DNA of 60,165 bases from Thermoplasmata archaeon (lineage in GTDB: Archaea; Thermoplasmatota; Thermoplasmata; Lutacidiplasmatales; UBA184), in the NCBI GenBank assembly GCA_021827405.1, contig JAKAVY010000006.1, positions 1-60,165 of the forward strand. The letters are read 5' to 3'. Below the pieces are notes generated by a model. That model was not told where the DNA came from and made no database searches. It saw only the letters and a list, made by a program, of their open reading frames with translations. Positions 1-8,711 of the stretch are shown here, piece by piece. Position numbers and translations under genes: made by a program. The number at the start of each line of letters is the position of its first letter. Within the stretch, counting starts at the first letter, position 1.

Positions 1-674
1 CGGCCCCCGCCCCCCTCCCGTCGTCCGTAGCCACCCCCGCCACGACCGTAGCCTCCCCGACCCCCAGCCCCCTCTCCCCGGGACTCCCGAGGGGGTAGGG
101 TGAACTGGTTGCCACAGGAGGTGCACGTCCCGGTCACCGACCCATCCTCGTTCGGGGTGAACCGTAGGGGGGCGCCGCACTCCCGGCATCCCCGCCGGGG
201 TGCGGCCTCTTCGCGACCCCAGCCGCCCCGCCCCTGGGGACGCGGGCGCTCCCATCCTCCGGCCCGGCGAGGCGGGGCCGGGCGGTTGAGCTGGAAGGTG
301 AACTGGGTTGAGCATTGGGAGCAGGTACCGATCACCTTCCCTTCCTCGTTCTCTTCGAACGTGAGCGCCTCCCCGCACTTCCGGCATCCTCGGGTGAAGC
401 CGCGCTCCCCCTCACCGGGCCCTTCCGGCCCGCGCGTGCGGAAGCGGGGCCGGGGGGGCCTGGGCCGCTCCTCCTCCTCGTCGCTCCCCTCGTCCCCTTC
501 CGGGGCCTCCGGGCGCGACCCGGCGTCCGGTCCAGCCCCTTCCGACGCGGGCGGGGCCCCGGCCGCCGTCACGTCAAAGGAGTTGCCGCAGACCTGGCAG
601 ACGGCGGATTGGCTCCCGTCCTCGTTCTCTCGAATGGCCAGGTCTCCGCCACAGTCCGGGCAGGTCTTCGTCAT
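1..674 (-). CDS. Triple Zn-ribbon repeat protein with RGG/YG-rich tail (partial, runs off window start)
   Basis: Translated by hand from ATG 674: MTKTCPDCGG..NEDG..CQVCGNSF / CRKCGE..NEEG..CSQCSTQF / CRECGA..NEDG..CTSCGNQF, then ..GGRGGYGRGGGGYGRREGGGG. No stop before base 1, so it is absent from the ORF track. Confidence 0.8.
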   Translation of the reverse strand, partial: MTKTCPDCGGDLAIRENEDGSQSAVCQVCGNSFDVTAAGAPPASEGAGPDAGSRPEAPEGDEGSDEEEERPRPPRPRFRTRGPEGPGEGERGFTRGCRKCGEALTFEENEEGKVIGTCSQCSTQFTFQLNRPAPPRRAGGWERPRPQGRGGWGREEAAPRRGCRECGAPLRFTPNEDGSVTGTCTSCGNQFTLPPRESRGEGAGGRGGYGRGGGGYGRREGGGG

Positions 675-751
675 GGGTGACCGAGCGGCAGACATCTGCC
701 CTACTTCATGACCACCCAACGGCCCGGAACGGGCCGGTGGGTGGGATTCCA

Positions 752-967
752 CTAGAAAGGCGCCCGGGACCGCCCATCCCCCCGGGGGCCCGGCGCGATC
801 AAGCCCCTAGACCCGAAGGGGCCCTGCCCGAAGGGGCCCTCGTCCCCCTCCTCCTCCCCTTCGTCGGCGGGGAAGGGTTGCGGGTAAGGATGGGGGGCCG
901 GGATCGGAGGGCGCGGGGGCAAGCTCCTCGACCAGGGTATCCGGGGAGGCGTTCGGTTCGCGGTCAC
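752..967 (-). CDS. Small Pro-rich hypothetical protein (71 aa)
   Basis: GTG at 967 lies ~26 nt downstream of a TTAAG box (993-997, minus strand). It fills the gap upstream of the Zn-ribbon gene and has an internal GPFG-Q-GPFG repeat. Confidence 0.35.
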   Translation of the reverse strand: MTANRTPPRIPWSRSLPPRPPIPAPHPYPQPFPADEGEEEGDEGPFGQGPFGSRGLIAPGPRGDGRSRAPF

Positions 968-1001
968 TAGGCCCGCCGGACGCCCCCCAGGTCTTAACCT
1001 T

Positions 1002-1943
1002 GTGCTCGCCGGCAAGGCCCGCCCGGATACGAGGGCTGAAGCCCTCGCCGGTTCTCGGCCGCCCGTGCTGGCCACCGAGGACATCCTCCTCCTGGTGGCC
1101 CTCGCCGGGGGTTTCGCGCTGGGCCATTGGCATCGCATGCCCCGCCGGGGACTCTGGGCCACCCGGGCCAGCATCCTCCTCCTGGTGGGCTCCCTGGGGG
1201 TCTATCTCTCCGGAGAGGGGCCCATCAGCCCCCTGGGGGTCCTCCTCCCGTCCTTGGCGGTGGCCGCCACCCTGGTGGGAGGGACCGTCCTCTTGGTCCG
1301 CGTCCTGGCGCGGAAACGCTCCCGGGGCTCCCGTCCGGCCCGGGGGAAGCTCACCCGCTCCAGCTGGCTGTTCCCTCCCGCCATCCTCACTTCCCTCCTC
1401 CTCGGCTACGCCCTCGGCTCTTTCGTGCCCTCCCTCCGGCCGGGGGGACCTCCCGGGATCGAGGTCTTCCTCTTCGTCCTGCTCTTCCTCGTGGGGTGGG
1501 ATGCCCATGTGGACCTGCACGGCCTCAAGCAGGTGCCCCTCCCGCTGGCCGGCGCCATTCTCGGGTCGCTCCTCGCCACTCCCCTCTTGTTCCTCTTGAC
1601 CGGGGAGGCGTGGAACGTCTCGCTCGCCACCACCTTCGCCTTCAGCTGGTACACCCTGGCGGGACCGGCGGTCTCCCAGGCCGTTTCCCCCACCGCCGGG
1701 CTCATCGCGTTCCTCGTGAACTTCCTGCGGGAGGACCTGACCATGCTCTCCGCCCCCTGGCTGGGGGCCTTTGCCGGGGCGGAGGGGATCGCCGCCTGCG
1801 GCGGGGCCGCCTCCATGGACACGACCCTCTACTTCGTCACCACCTACGGCCGGAGGGACGCGGCCACGTTAGGCCTGGCCGTGGGTACGGTGCTCACCCT
1901 CCTCGCCCCGGTCCTCTTGAGCCTGTTGCTTTCCGGGATCTGA
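1002..1943 (+). CDS. lysO: LysO/DUF340 family amino-acid exporter (true start may be GTG 1065)
   Basis: Multi-TM protein with FSWYTLAG, NFLRE and GGAASMDTTL motifs typical of LysO. Confidence 0.75.
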   Translation: MLAGKARPDTRAEALAGSRPPVLATEDILLLVALAGGFALGHWHRMPRRGLWATRASILLLVGSLGVYLSGEGPISPLGVLLPSLAVAATLVGGTVLLVRVLARKRSRGSRPARGKLTRSSWLFPPAILTSLLLGYALGSFVPSLRPGGPPGIEVFLFVLLFLVGWDAHVDLHGLKQVPLPLAGAILGSLLATPLLFLLTGEAWNVSLATTFAFSWYTLAGPAVSQAVSPTAGLIAFLVNFLREDLTMLSAPWLGAFAGAEGIAACGGAASMDTTLYFVTTYGRRDAATLGLAVGTVLTLLAPVLLSLLLSGI

Positions 1944-2039
1944 CGTGCCCTCGGGGAGCCGGGGGCCCGGGAGGGGCATCGTTCCCGCTTGACCGAAGCC
2001 TTTTAGCCCGGACACCGGGTGCCGTCCACCGAGGCGAAC

Positions 2040-3437
2040 ATGGTGACTTCCACCGCCCGGACGAGCCCCCCTGAGACACCCCGACCGGCGCCGAAAGCCT
2101 CCCGGGGCGTGGAGATCCACACGGAGATCCCCGGGCCGAAGGGGAAGGCCATCGTGGAGAAGGACCAGCGCTACCTGATGACCTCGACGAAGACGGCCCC
2201 CATCGTCGCGGACCATGCCCAAGGGGTCTGGGTGACGGACGTCGACGGGAACCGGTTCTTGGATTTCGCGGCCGGGGTGGGCGTGATCAACACCGGCCAT
2301 TGCCATCCGACGGTGGTGAAAGCGGTCCAGGACCAGGCGTCCCGGCTCATGCACTTCGCCGGCACCGACTATTACTACGAGGTGCAGGCGCTTCTGGCCG
2401 AGAAGCTCTCCCGCTCGGCCCCCGGCAAGGCCGAGCGCAAGGTGTTCTTCGTCAACTCGGGTACCGAGAGCGTGGAGGCCGCCCTCAAGCTCGCCCGGTG
2501 GAACACCGGCCGCCCGCTCTTCTTGGGCCTCATCGGGGCCTTCCATGGACGGACCATGGGCTCGCTCACGATGACCGCCAGCAAGGCCACCCAGCGCCGT
2601 CGGTTCAACCCCCAGGCCGGCGGAGGCTTCCACATCCCGCCTCCGAACTGCTACCGCTGCCCGTACAAGCTCGAGTACCCGAGCTGCGGGCTCTACTGCC
2701 TGAAGATCCTGGACGAGCTCTACTTCCCCAGCGTGCTCCCCCCGGAGGACGTGGCCGCCTTCGTGACGGAACCCGTCATGGGGGAGGGGGGATACATCGT
2801 CCCCCCCAAGGACTACTTCACCACCGCCGAGAAGATCCTCAAGCCCCACGGGATCCTCCACGTGGACGACGAGGTGCAGGCCGGCATGGGCCGGACGGGG
2901 AAGCTCTGGGCCATCGAGCACTTCGGTGTCGCCCCGGAGATCCTCACCTCGGCCAAGGCGTTGGGAGGCGGACTGCCCTTGGGCGCGACGGTCTTCAACA
3001 AGGAGCTCGATTACTCCTACCCCGGGGCCCACTCCAACACGTTCGGGGGGAACCCGGTCTCCTGCGCGGCCGCACTTGCCACCTTTGACGTCTATGAGCA
3101 CGAACACCTGCTGGAGAATGCCCGGCGCCAGGGCGAGTACCTGAAGAAGCGCCTGGAGGAGCTCCAGACCCGCTACGAGGTCATGGGCGATGTCCGGGGC
3201 CTCGGGCTCATGGTCGCCACCGAGTTCGTGAAGGACCGGCGGACGAAGGAGCCGGCCGCGAAGCTCAGGGACCGGGTGGAGACGGAGGCCTACCGCCGGG
3301 GATTGATCCTCCTCGGCTGCGGGACCTCGGCGCTGAGGTTCATCCCGCCCCTGGTGGTCCAGGAGGCCCACCTCGACGAGGCGGTGGAGATCCTGGAGGC
3401 TTCCCTGAAGGCGGCCCTCGCCTCCAAGGCCGCCTGA
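2040..3437 (+). CDS. Class III PLP aminotransferase (4-aminobutyrate/acetylornithine aminotransferase family)
   Basis: NSGTESVEAALK, AFHGRT, EPVMGEGG, DEVQAGMGRTG, SAKALGGG (PLP lysine), HSNTFGGNP. Confidence 0.92.
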   Translation: MVTSTARTSPPETPRPAPKASRGVEIHTEIPGPKGKAIVEKDQRYLMTSTKTAPIVADHAQGVWVTDVDGNRFLDFAAGVGVINTGHCHPTVVKAVQDQASRLMHFAGTDYYYEVQALLAEKLSRSAPGKAERKVFFVNSGTESVEAALKLARWNTGRPLFLGLIGAFHGRTMGSLTMTASKATQRRRFNPQAGGGFHIPPPNCYRCPYKLEYPSCGLYCLKILDELYFPSVLPPEDVAAFVTEPVMGEGGYIVPPKDYFTTAEKILKPHGILHVDDEVQAGMGRTGKLWAIEHFGVAPEILTSAKALGGGLPLGATVFNKELDYSYPGAHSNTFGGNPVSCAAALATFDVYEHEHLLENARRQGEYLKKRLEELQTRYEVMGDVRGLGLMVATEFVKDRRTKEPAAKLRDRVETEAYRRGLILLGCGTSALRFIPPLVVQEAHLDEAVEILEASLKAALASKAA

Positions 3438-3462
3438 GGTCCCCTTCCGTCCAGGGAGTCCG

Positions 3463-4494
3463 GTGCGTAGCGCGCTCTTGAGCTCCGGGGGCCTCGCCCT
3501 CTCCACCCTCCCGGACCCCTCCCCCCCGCCGGGAGGCCTCCTCATCGCGCTGCGCGCCTGCGGGGTCTGCGGGACCGACCTGGAGAAGGTGCGGGGAGGG
3601 TACCGCGCCACCGGGCGCATCGGTCACGAGCCCGCCGGGGTGGTCCGGCAGGTGGGCGAGGGGGTCGAGGGCTTCCGCCCTGGGGACCGCGTCTTCGCCC
3701 ATCACCACGTCCCGTGCTATGCCTGTGACGTCTGCCGGGCCGGGGCGTACACCTTCTGCCCCACGTTCCAGTCCACGAACCTGGACCCGGGGGGGTTCTC
3801 CGAGCTGTTCACCGTCTCCCGCGCCCACCTGGACCGGGGAGCGGTCCTCCCGCTGCCGGGAACGGTCTCGGACGAGGAAGGCACGTTCGTCGAACCGCTG
3901 GGGTGCTGCTTGGAGGCCATCGCCGAGGTGGGCCCGGTGGAGGGAAGGCGCGTCCTGATCGTGGGGCTGGGTCCCATCGGGCAGATGTACCTCCGGCTCC
4001 TGAGGGCCTTCGGGGCGAGCTGGATCGGCGCGGCGGACCTTTCCCCCCGCCGACGGGCCCTCGGGGAGCGGGGGGGCGCGGACGAGACCTTCGATCCCCG
4101 GGACCCGGCGAACCTCCGCGAGCGGACCCTCCGGGCCACCCGGGGACTCGGACCCGACCTGGTGGTGGTGGCCACGGGGGCTCCCGCGGCCATCGCCGAC
4201 GCCTGCCGGATCGTCCGGCGGGGGGGGACGGTGAATCTCTTTGGCCTTCCCGAGAAGGACCGGGTCCTGGACGTGGAGCTTCAGGACCTCTACCTTCGGG
4301 GCGTCCGGCTCCTCCCCACCTATGCCACCACCGAGACCGGGACCTCCCGGGCCCTGGGCCTCCTCGCCGCCGGGCGCGTGAAGGTCTCGGACCTGGTGAC
4401 CCACCGCTTCCCGCTGGAGCAGGTCACGGAGGCCTTCGCCGTGGCGGCCCGGACCGAGGAGGCCGTGAAGGTGCTCGTGACGGCCTCCCGCTGA
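3463..4494 (+). CDS. Zn-dependent medium-chain alcohol dehydrogenase (sorbitol/threonine DH-like)
   Basis: CGVCGTD, GHE, structural Zn CxxCxxCx7C, GLGPIG Rossmann motif. Confidence 0.9.
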   Translation: MRSALLSSGGLALSTLPDPSPPPGGLLIALRACGVCGTDLEKVRGGYRATGRIGHEPAGVVRQVGEGVEGFRPGDRVFAHHHVPCYACDVCRAGAYTFCPTFQSTNLDPGGFSELFTVSRAHLDRGAVLPLPGTVSDEEGTFVEPLGCCLEAIAEVGPVEGRRVLIVGLGPIGQMYLRLLRAFGASWIGAADLSPRRRALGERGGADETFDPRDPANLRERTLRATRGLGPDLVVVATGAPAAIADACRIVRRGGTVNLFGLPEKDRVLDVELQDLYLRGVRLLPTYATTETGTSRALGLLAAGRVKVSDLVTHRFPLEQVTEAFAVAARTEEAVKVLVTASR

Positions 4495-4559
4495 GGACCC
4501 CTCCCGGGCAGCAAGCCATAAGAAACGCTCCGCCTCTGGCCCCCCCGGGGAGCAGGACC

Positions 4560-5399
4560 ATGGATTGGGGCTGGCAGAACCGGATGGCGAGGATGTTCCC
4601 GGCGCCCACGGGCCGGACCGTCATGCTGGCAGTGGACCACGGCTACTTCATGGGACCGACCCACGGCCTGGAGGTGCCCCGTCAGACCCTGGCCCCGCTC
4701 CTTGGGCTCTGCGACGCGGTGGCGCTCACCCGAGGTGTGCTGAGGACCAGCGTCCCTCCCTCCACGAACACCCCGGTCGTCCTCCGGGTCTCCGGGGGAG
4801 CCAGCGTGGTGGGGGCCGACCTCTCCCACGAGGCCCTGACCACTTCCGTGGAGGACGCCCTCCGTCTCAACGTCTCGGCGGTGGCCATGAGCGTCTTCGT
4901 GGGCTCGGCCCACGAGCACGAGAGCCTGGTGAACCTGGGCACCCTGGTGAACCAGGGGGAGGCCGTGGGTCTCCCGGTCATGGGCATCACCGCGGTGGGG
5001 AAGGAACTGGACAAGCGGGACGCCCGCTACCTCTCCCTCGCCTCCCGGATCGCGGCCGAGCAGGGGGCGCATGTGGTGAAGACCTACTATTGCGAGGACG
5101 GCTTCTCCCGGGTGGTGGAAGGTTGCCCGGTGCCCATCGTGGTGGCGGGAGGCCCCCGCCTCGAGAGCGACCGGGCCGTCCTGGAACTCGTCCACGCCTC
5201 CATCGCGGCCGGCGCCCGGGGGGTGGACATGGGCCGGAACATCTGGCAGTCCGACCATCCGGTGGCGATGCTCAAGGCGATCCGGTCCGTCGTCCACGAG
5301 GACCTCACCGTGAAGGAGGCCCTCCAGGCGCTGGAGGAGTCCCGTCGGGCCCCGGAGGCCCGGGCGGCCCGTGCCGACGCCTCCGCCGTCCGGGCCTGA
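4560..5399 (+). CDS. lsrF: LsrF-type thiolase / DhnA class I aldolase family
   Basis: Start MDWGWQNRMARMF; AVDHGYFMGP, VVKTYYC, VAGGP and GVDMGRNIWQS are characteristic of LsrF. Confidence 0.85.
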   Translation: MDWGWQNRMARMFPAPTGRTVMLAVDHGYFMGPTHGLEVPRQTLAPLLGLCDAVALTRGVLRTSVPPSTNTPVVLRVSGGASVVGADLSHEALTTSVEDALRLNVSAVAMSVFVGSAHEHESLVNLGTLVNQGEAVGLPVMGITAVGKELDKRDARYLSLASRIAAEQGAHVVKTYYCEDGFSRVVEGCPVPIVVAGGPRLESDRAVLELVHASIAAGARGVDMGRNIWQSDHPVAMLKAIRSVVHEDLTVKEALQALEESRRAPEARAARADASAVRA

Positions 5400-5430
5400 A
5401 GGGGCGGACCCTCCCCCGGGCCGGATCCGG

Positions 5431-6312
5431 GTGGAGGACCGTCCCGCCGGCAGCGTCCTCACGCGTTCCCGCCGGGGCGCCCTTCGCTATGGGTTTGCCT
5501 ACTCCGTGAACCCCTACCGCGGGTGCCCACACGCCTGTGCCTATTGCTATGCCGACTCGGTGACGCGGGACGGTCGGCCCTGGGGATCGGCCCTGGACCG
5601 GAAGGTGGGCGCCCCCCAGGTTCTGTCCCGGGAGCTCCAGACGGCTCCCAAGGGCCTGGTCATGCTCTCCTCGGCGACCGACCCGTATCCCCCCGAGGAG
5701 GTGCGCTCCCGCCTCACGGAAGGCTGCCTCCGCGCCCTGCGGGAGGCCCGCTTCCCGGTGAGCATCCTCACTCGAAGCCCGTTGGTCCTGCGGGACCTTC
5801 CGCTCCTCCAAGGGTTTCCCGGGGTGGAGGTGGGCTTCTCCTTCACTTCCTCCCGGGACCGGCCCGACCTCGAGCCCCGGGTGCCCCCGGTGGCCTCCCG
5901 GCTGCGGGCGATACGCCAGCTCTCTCGATCCGGCGTCCCGACCTTCGCTTCCGTGGCCCCGCTGCTCCCCGGTACCTCGGGGGAGGACCTCCGCACCCTG
6001 GTGGAAGCCCTGTGGGGGGCGGGGGTGCGCGCCGCCTTCGCCGACCCCCTCTCGCTTTCCTCCTACCCCGCCGCAGCGCGGCGGATGCGAGCGCTGGGGG
6101 CCCGGCCGTTCGGCCCGGGGGAGGCGGAGCACCTCTTGTCCGGCCTGGAGCTCGAGGCTGGAAAGGTGGGACTGCCGGTCTACCGCAGGCTCTTCGCCTG
6201 GAGGCCTGACGCCGTCCCTCCCCGGAGGGGCGGATCCCCTGCCTTCCGAACCGGGGCCCGATTCGACCTGCTCTCAAGACCCGAGGAGGGGCTTCCGGGT
6301 CGAGCTCAGTAG
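5431..6312 (+). CDS. Radical SAM protein (spore photoproduct lyase-like / DNA repair-associated family)
   Basis: NPYRGCPHACAYCYA (CxxxCxxC), SSATDPY, ILTRS. Start uncertain (track start 5371 overlaps lsrF). Confidence 0.85.
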   Translation: MEDRPAGSVLTRSRRGALRYGFAYSVNPYRGCPHACAYCYADSVTRDGRPWGSALDRKVGAPQVLSRELQTAPKGLVMLSSATDPYPPEEVRSRLTEGCLRALREARFPVSILTRSPLVLRDLPLLQGFPGVEVGFSFTSSRDRPDLEPRVPPVASRLRAIRQLSRSGVPTFASVAPLLPGTSGEDLRTLVEALWGAGVRAAFADPLSLSSYPAAARRMRALGARPFGPGEAEHLLSGLELEAGKVGLPVYRRLFAWRPDAVPPRRGGSPAFRTGARFDLLSRPEEGLPGRAQ

Positions 6313-6353
6313 GGACGTAGCCCGGGGGTCCCCCGGCCCGGTCGCGACACCGC

Positions 6354-7355
6354 TCAGGCCTTCTGGCCCGGGTCCTCCAGGGCCCGGCAGACGCCCACCA
6401 GCCTCTCGTCGGGCGCGACCACCACCCCCGGCCCGAGGACGGAGTCCTTGACGAGGGCCCCGGGCCCGATCTCCGCGGCGTCCAAGACCACCGAGTTCTC
6501 CACCCGGGCCCCCCGGCGCAGCTTGACGTTCCTCCCGAGCGTCACGTAGCGGCCCACCGTGGCCCCCTCCCCGGAGGAACCGGCTCCCACGGCGATCGGG
6601 GGGAGGACCCGGGCCCCGTCGAGGCGGCTGGGGGCGGGCAACCGGTCCGTCCGGGGGTGGTCGAAGAGGAGGGCCTGGGCATTCAGGAGCCGCGCGGGGG
6701 TCCCCGCATCTTCCCACCACGCGCGATAGCGCATTCCGAGCACCTTGCGCGGCAGAAGGCCCGGAAGGATCTCCCGCTCGAAGCTGACGGCGACCCCGGG
6801 CGGGATCGCCTCCAGCACCTCCCGCCGCCAGAGCGAGACCCCGGCATTGATCCACCGGCTGGGGGCGGCCTCCCGGGAAGGCTTCTCCACGAACTCCACC
6901 ACCCGGCCGGCGGGGTCGAACCGAGCCACCCCGTACGGGGACGGGTCCTCTACCTCCACGAACCCGAGGATCCCAAGCCCCCCCTCCTCCGTGAGGGTCC
7001 GGGAGAGCGGCTCTAAGTCGAAGCCGGCGATCACGTCGCCGTTCAGGAGGTAGAAGGGGTCGGTGGCCTCCGACGCCACGTTCTTGAGCCCGCCGCCGGT
7101 GCCCAGCGGCGTCGTCTCCCGCACGAGCTTCACCGGCCGGGGGTAGGGGTTCGCCTGAAGGTAGGCCTCGAACACCTCGGCCTTGTAGCCGCAGGCCAGC
7201 ACGATCCGGTCCACCTCCGGGGGCAAGAGGTCCAGCGCGTGGTAGAGGATCGGTCGCCCGGCGACGGGGATGAGCTGCTTGGGGACGGTGTAGGTCACCG
7301 GCCGTAGCCGCGTCCCAAAACCCCCGACCAGGACCAACCCGGTGACCCCGCCCAT
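6354..7355 (-). CDS. NDP-sugar synthase / sugar-phosphate nucleotidyltransferase (mannose-1-P guanylyltransferase-like) with C-terminal LbH repeats
   Basis: LVGGFGTRLRP..PKQL, LGTGG, NGD, EKP, INAG, WEDAGTP; hexapeptide repeats at the C-terminus. Confidence 0.9.
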   Translation of the reverse strand: MGGVTGLVLVGGFGTRLRPVTYTVPKQLIPVAGRPILYHALDLLPPEVDRIVLACGYKAEVFEAYLQANPYPRPVKLVRETTPLGTGGGLKNVASEATDPFYLLNGDVIAGFDLEPLSRTLTEEGGLGILGFVEVEDPSPYGVARFDPAGRVVEFVEKPSREAAPSRWINAGVSLWRREVLEAIPPGVAVSFEREILPGLLPRKVLGMRYRAWWEDAGTPARLLNAQALLFDHPRTDRLPAPSRLDGARVLPPIAVGAGSSGEGATVGRYVTLGRNVKLRRGARVENSVVLDAAEIGPGALVKDSVLGPGVVVAPDERLVGVCRALEDPGQKA

Positions 7356-7437
7356 GATCGGATGGCCCCTCTCCGCGGGAGGAGGCCTCCCGCCTCTTGA
7401 CCCTTCACCGAGGGTGGGTCGGGGCTCCATAGCCATC

Positions 7438-7443
7438 CTTAAG
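7438..7443. promoter_or_regulatory. Palindromic TATA-like box CTTAAG between divergent genes
   Basis: AT-rich hexamer in a GC-rich background, ~26 nt before ATG 7469 (leaderless spacing). Similar boxes lie ~25-30 nt before the starts at 10815, 28123, 30665 and 32840. Confidence 0.55.
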
Positions 7444-7468
7444 AATCGACCATCGCCTCGCGGGGAGC

Positions 7469-7804
7469 ATGAGCGAAAGGTCCTCCGGTCATCCCCGCGG
7501 CGACACCGGGCACTCGGGCTCCACGCTGAAGGGGGCGGCCACCCCCGTGGGCTGCGGCATGGAGGGGTGTCACGAGACGACCCAGTTACGGTTCGTCGGC
7601 CCCTCCCCCTTCGAGGCCTTCCGCTTCGATGAGGAGGGCTGGACCGTCGTCGAGGACATGGACGATGGGCGAACCGTCTTCCTCTGCCCCAACTGCACCG
7701 AGGCCTTCGAAGAGGAGATGGAGGGGGAGGAGGAGGACGAGGACGACGAAGATGAGGAGGACGACGAGGCGGAGCTGGAGGGGCCCGCCGGGAAGGGCCC
7801 CTAG
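7469..7804 (+). CDS. Small putative Zn-binding protein with acidic C-terminal tail
   Basis: CGMEGC...CPNC, then a poly-D/E tract; leaderless promoter spacing. Confidence 0.65.
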   Translation: MSERSSGHPRGDTGHSGSTLKGAATPVGCGMEGCHETTQLRFVGPSPFEAFRFDEEGWTVVEDMDDGRTVFLCPNCTEAFEEEMEGEEEDEDDEDEEDDEAELEGPAGKGP

Positions 7805-7885
7805 CCCTCCCCCGTCCGGCCGGGCCCCCTTCCCCTCCCTCCCCTTCTCCCCGGGCCTCCTCTTGTCCTTGGGGGGCCCGCCACC

Positions 7886-8689
7886 GTGCTGATCTCCCCC
7901 GAGCTCAGGTTCCTGCTCCTTCGGGAGGACCGGGCGCTGGCACTGCTCTTCGGTGGTTACGCCGTGGAGTGGCCCGGGGGCACCCTGGTGGTCAACGAGC
8001 GGGTGCCGGCCGGGCGCTTCAACTTCGTCCAGGACGTGCGCCTCGGCCCGGGACGCATCCTGGCCTTCGTGGAGAAGGCCCTGGAGCACTACTACCAACG
8101 GGCCCTGAGGCCCACCTTCGAGCTTCCCCCTGATCCGCCCCAGCCCGGGACGGTCCGGGCCCTGGCCGAGGCCGGCTACCTTCCCCTGGGACCGCACCGG
8201 TCCCGGACGCTGCTGCTCCGGGAGGGCGGGGAGCTGCCGCCGTCCGACGCCCGCTACCGTGTCCGCCCCGCCTCGGAGGAGGAGCATGGGACCTTTCTCG
8301 GTTTCCTGGCCGAGCCGCGCTACCAGATGGAACTGAACCGGTATCTCGAGGAGGATGTCTTCCACCCCCATCCGGGGGAGAGGACGGTGCCCTACCTGGC
8401 CTGGCGGGGGACGGACCCGGTGGCGGTGGCCCTCTTCCACGAGGCCGGCCCGGTCCGGGGGATCCACATCGTGGCCACCGATCCCCGGTACCGGGGCCAG
8501 AGGGCGGCCTCCACGCTGGTCACGGAGGTCCTCCGGGCCGAGGCCGGCTCTTCCCCGGGCCCCTGCGCCCTCTTCCGGGAGGGCCCGGGCGTCCCGCGTC
8601 CCCTCCGGGAACTGGGCTTCCGCGATGTCCTGTCGTTCGAGACCTACGGGTTGCCGGATCGACGCCCCTCCCCGGGGAAGGCACCGTAG
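7886..8689 (+). CDS. GNAT family N-acetyltransferase
   Basis: C-terminal VATDPRYRGQRAAS (motif A) and LRELGF. Confidence 0.75.
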   Translation: MLISPELRFLLLREDRALALLFGGYAVEWPGGTLVVNERVPAGRFNFVQDVRLGPGRILAFVEKALEHYYQRALRPTFELPPDPPQPGTVRALAEAGYLPLGPHRSRTLLLREGGELPPSDARYRVRPASEEEHGTFLGFLAEPRYQMELNRYLEEDVFHPHPGERTVPYLAWRGTDPVAVALFHEAGPVRGIHIVATDPRYRGQRAASTLVTEVLRAEAGSSPGPCALFREGPGVPRPLRELGFRDVLSFETYGLPDRRPSPGKAP

Positions 8690-8711
8690 CGAGGGGCCAC
8701 TCCCCGAGGCC

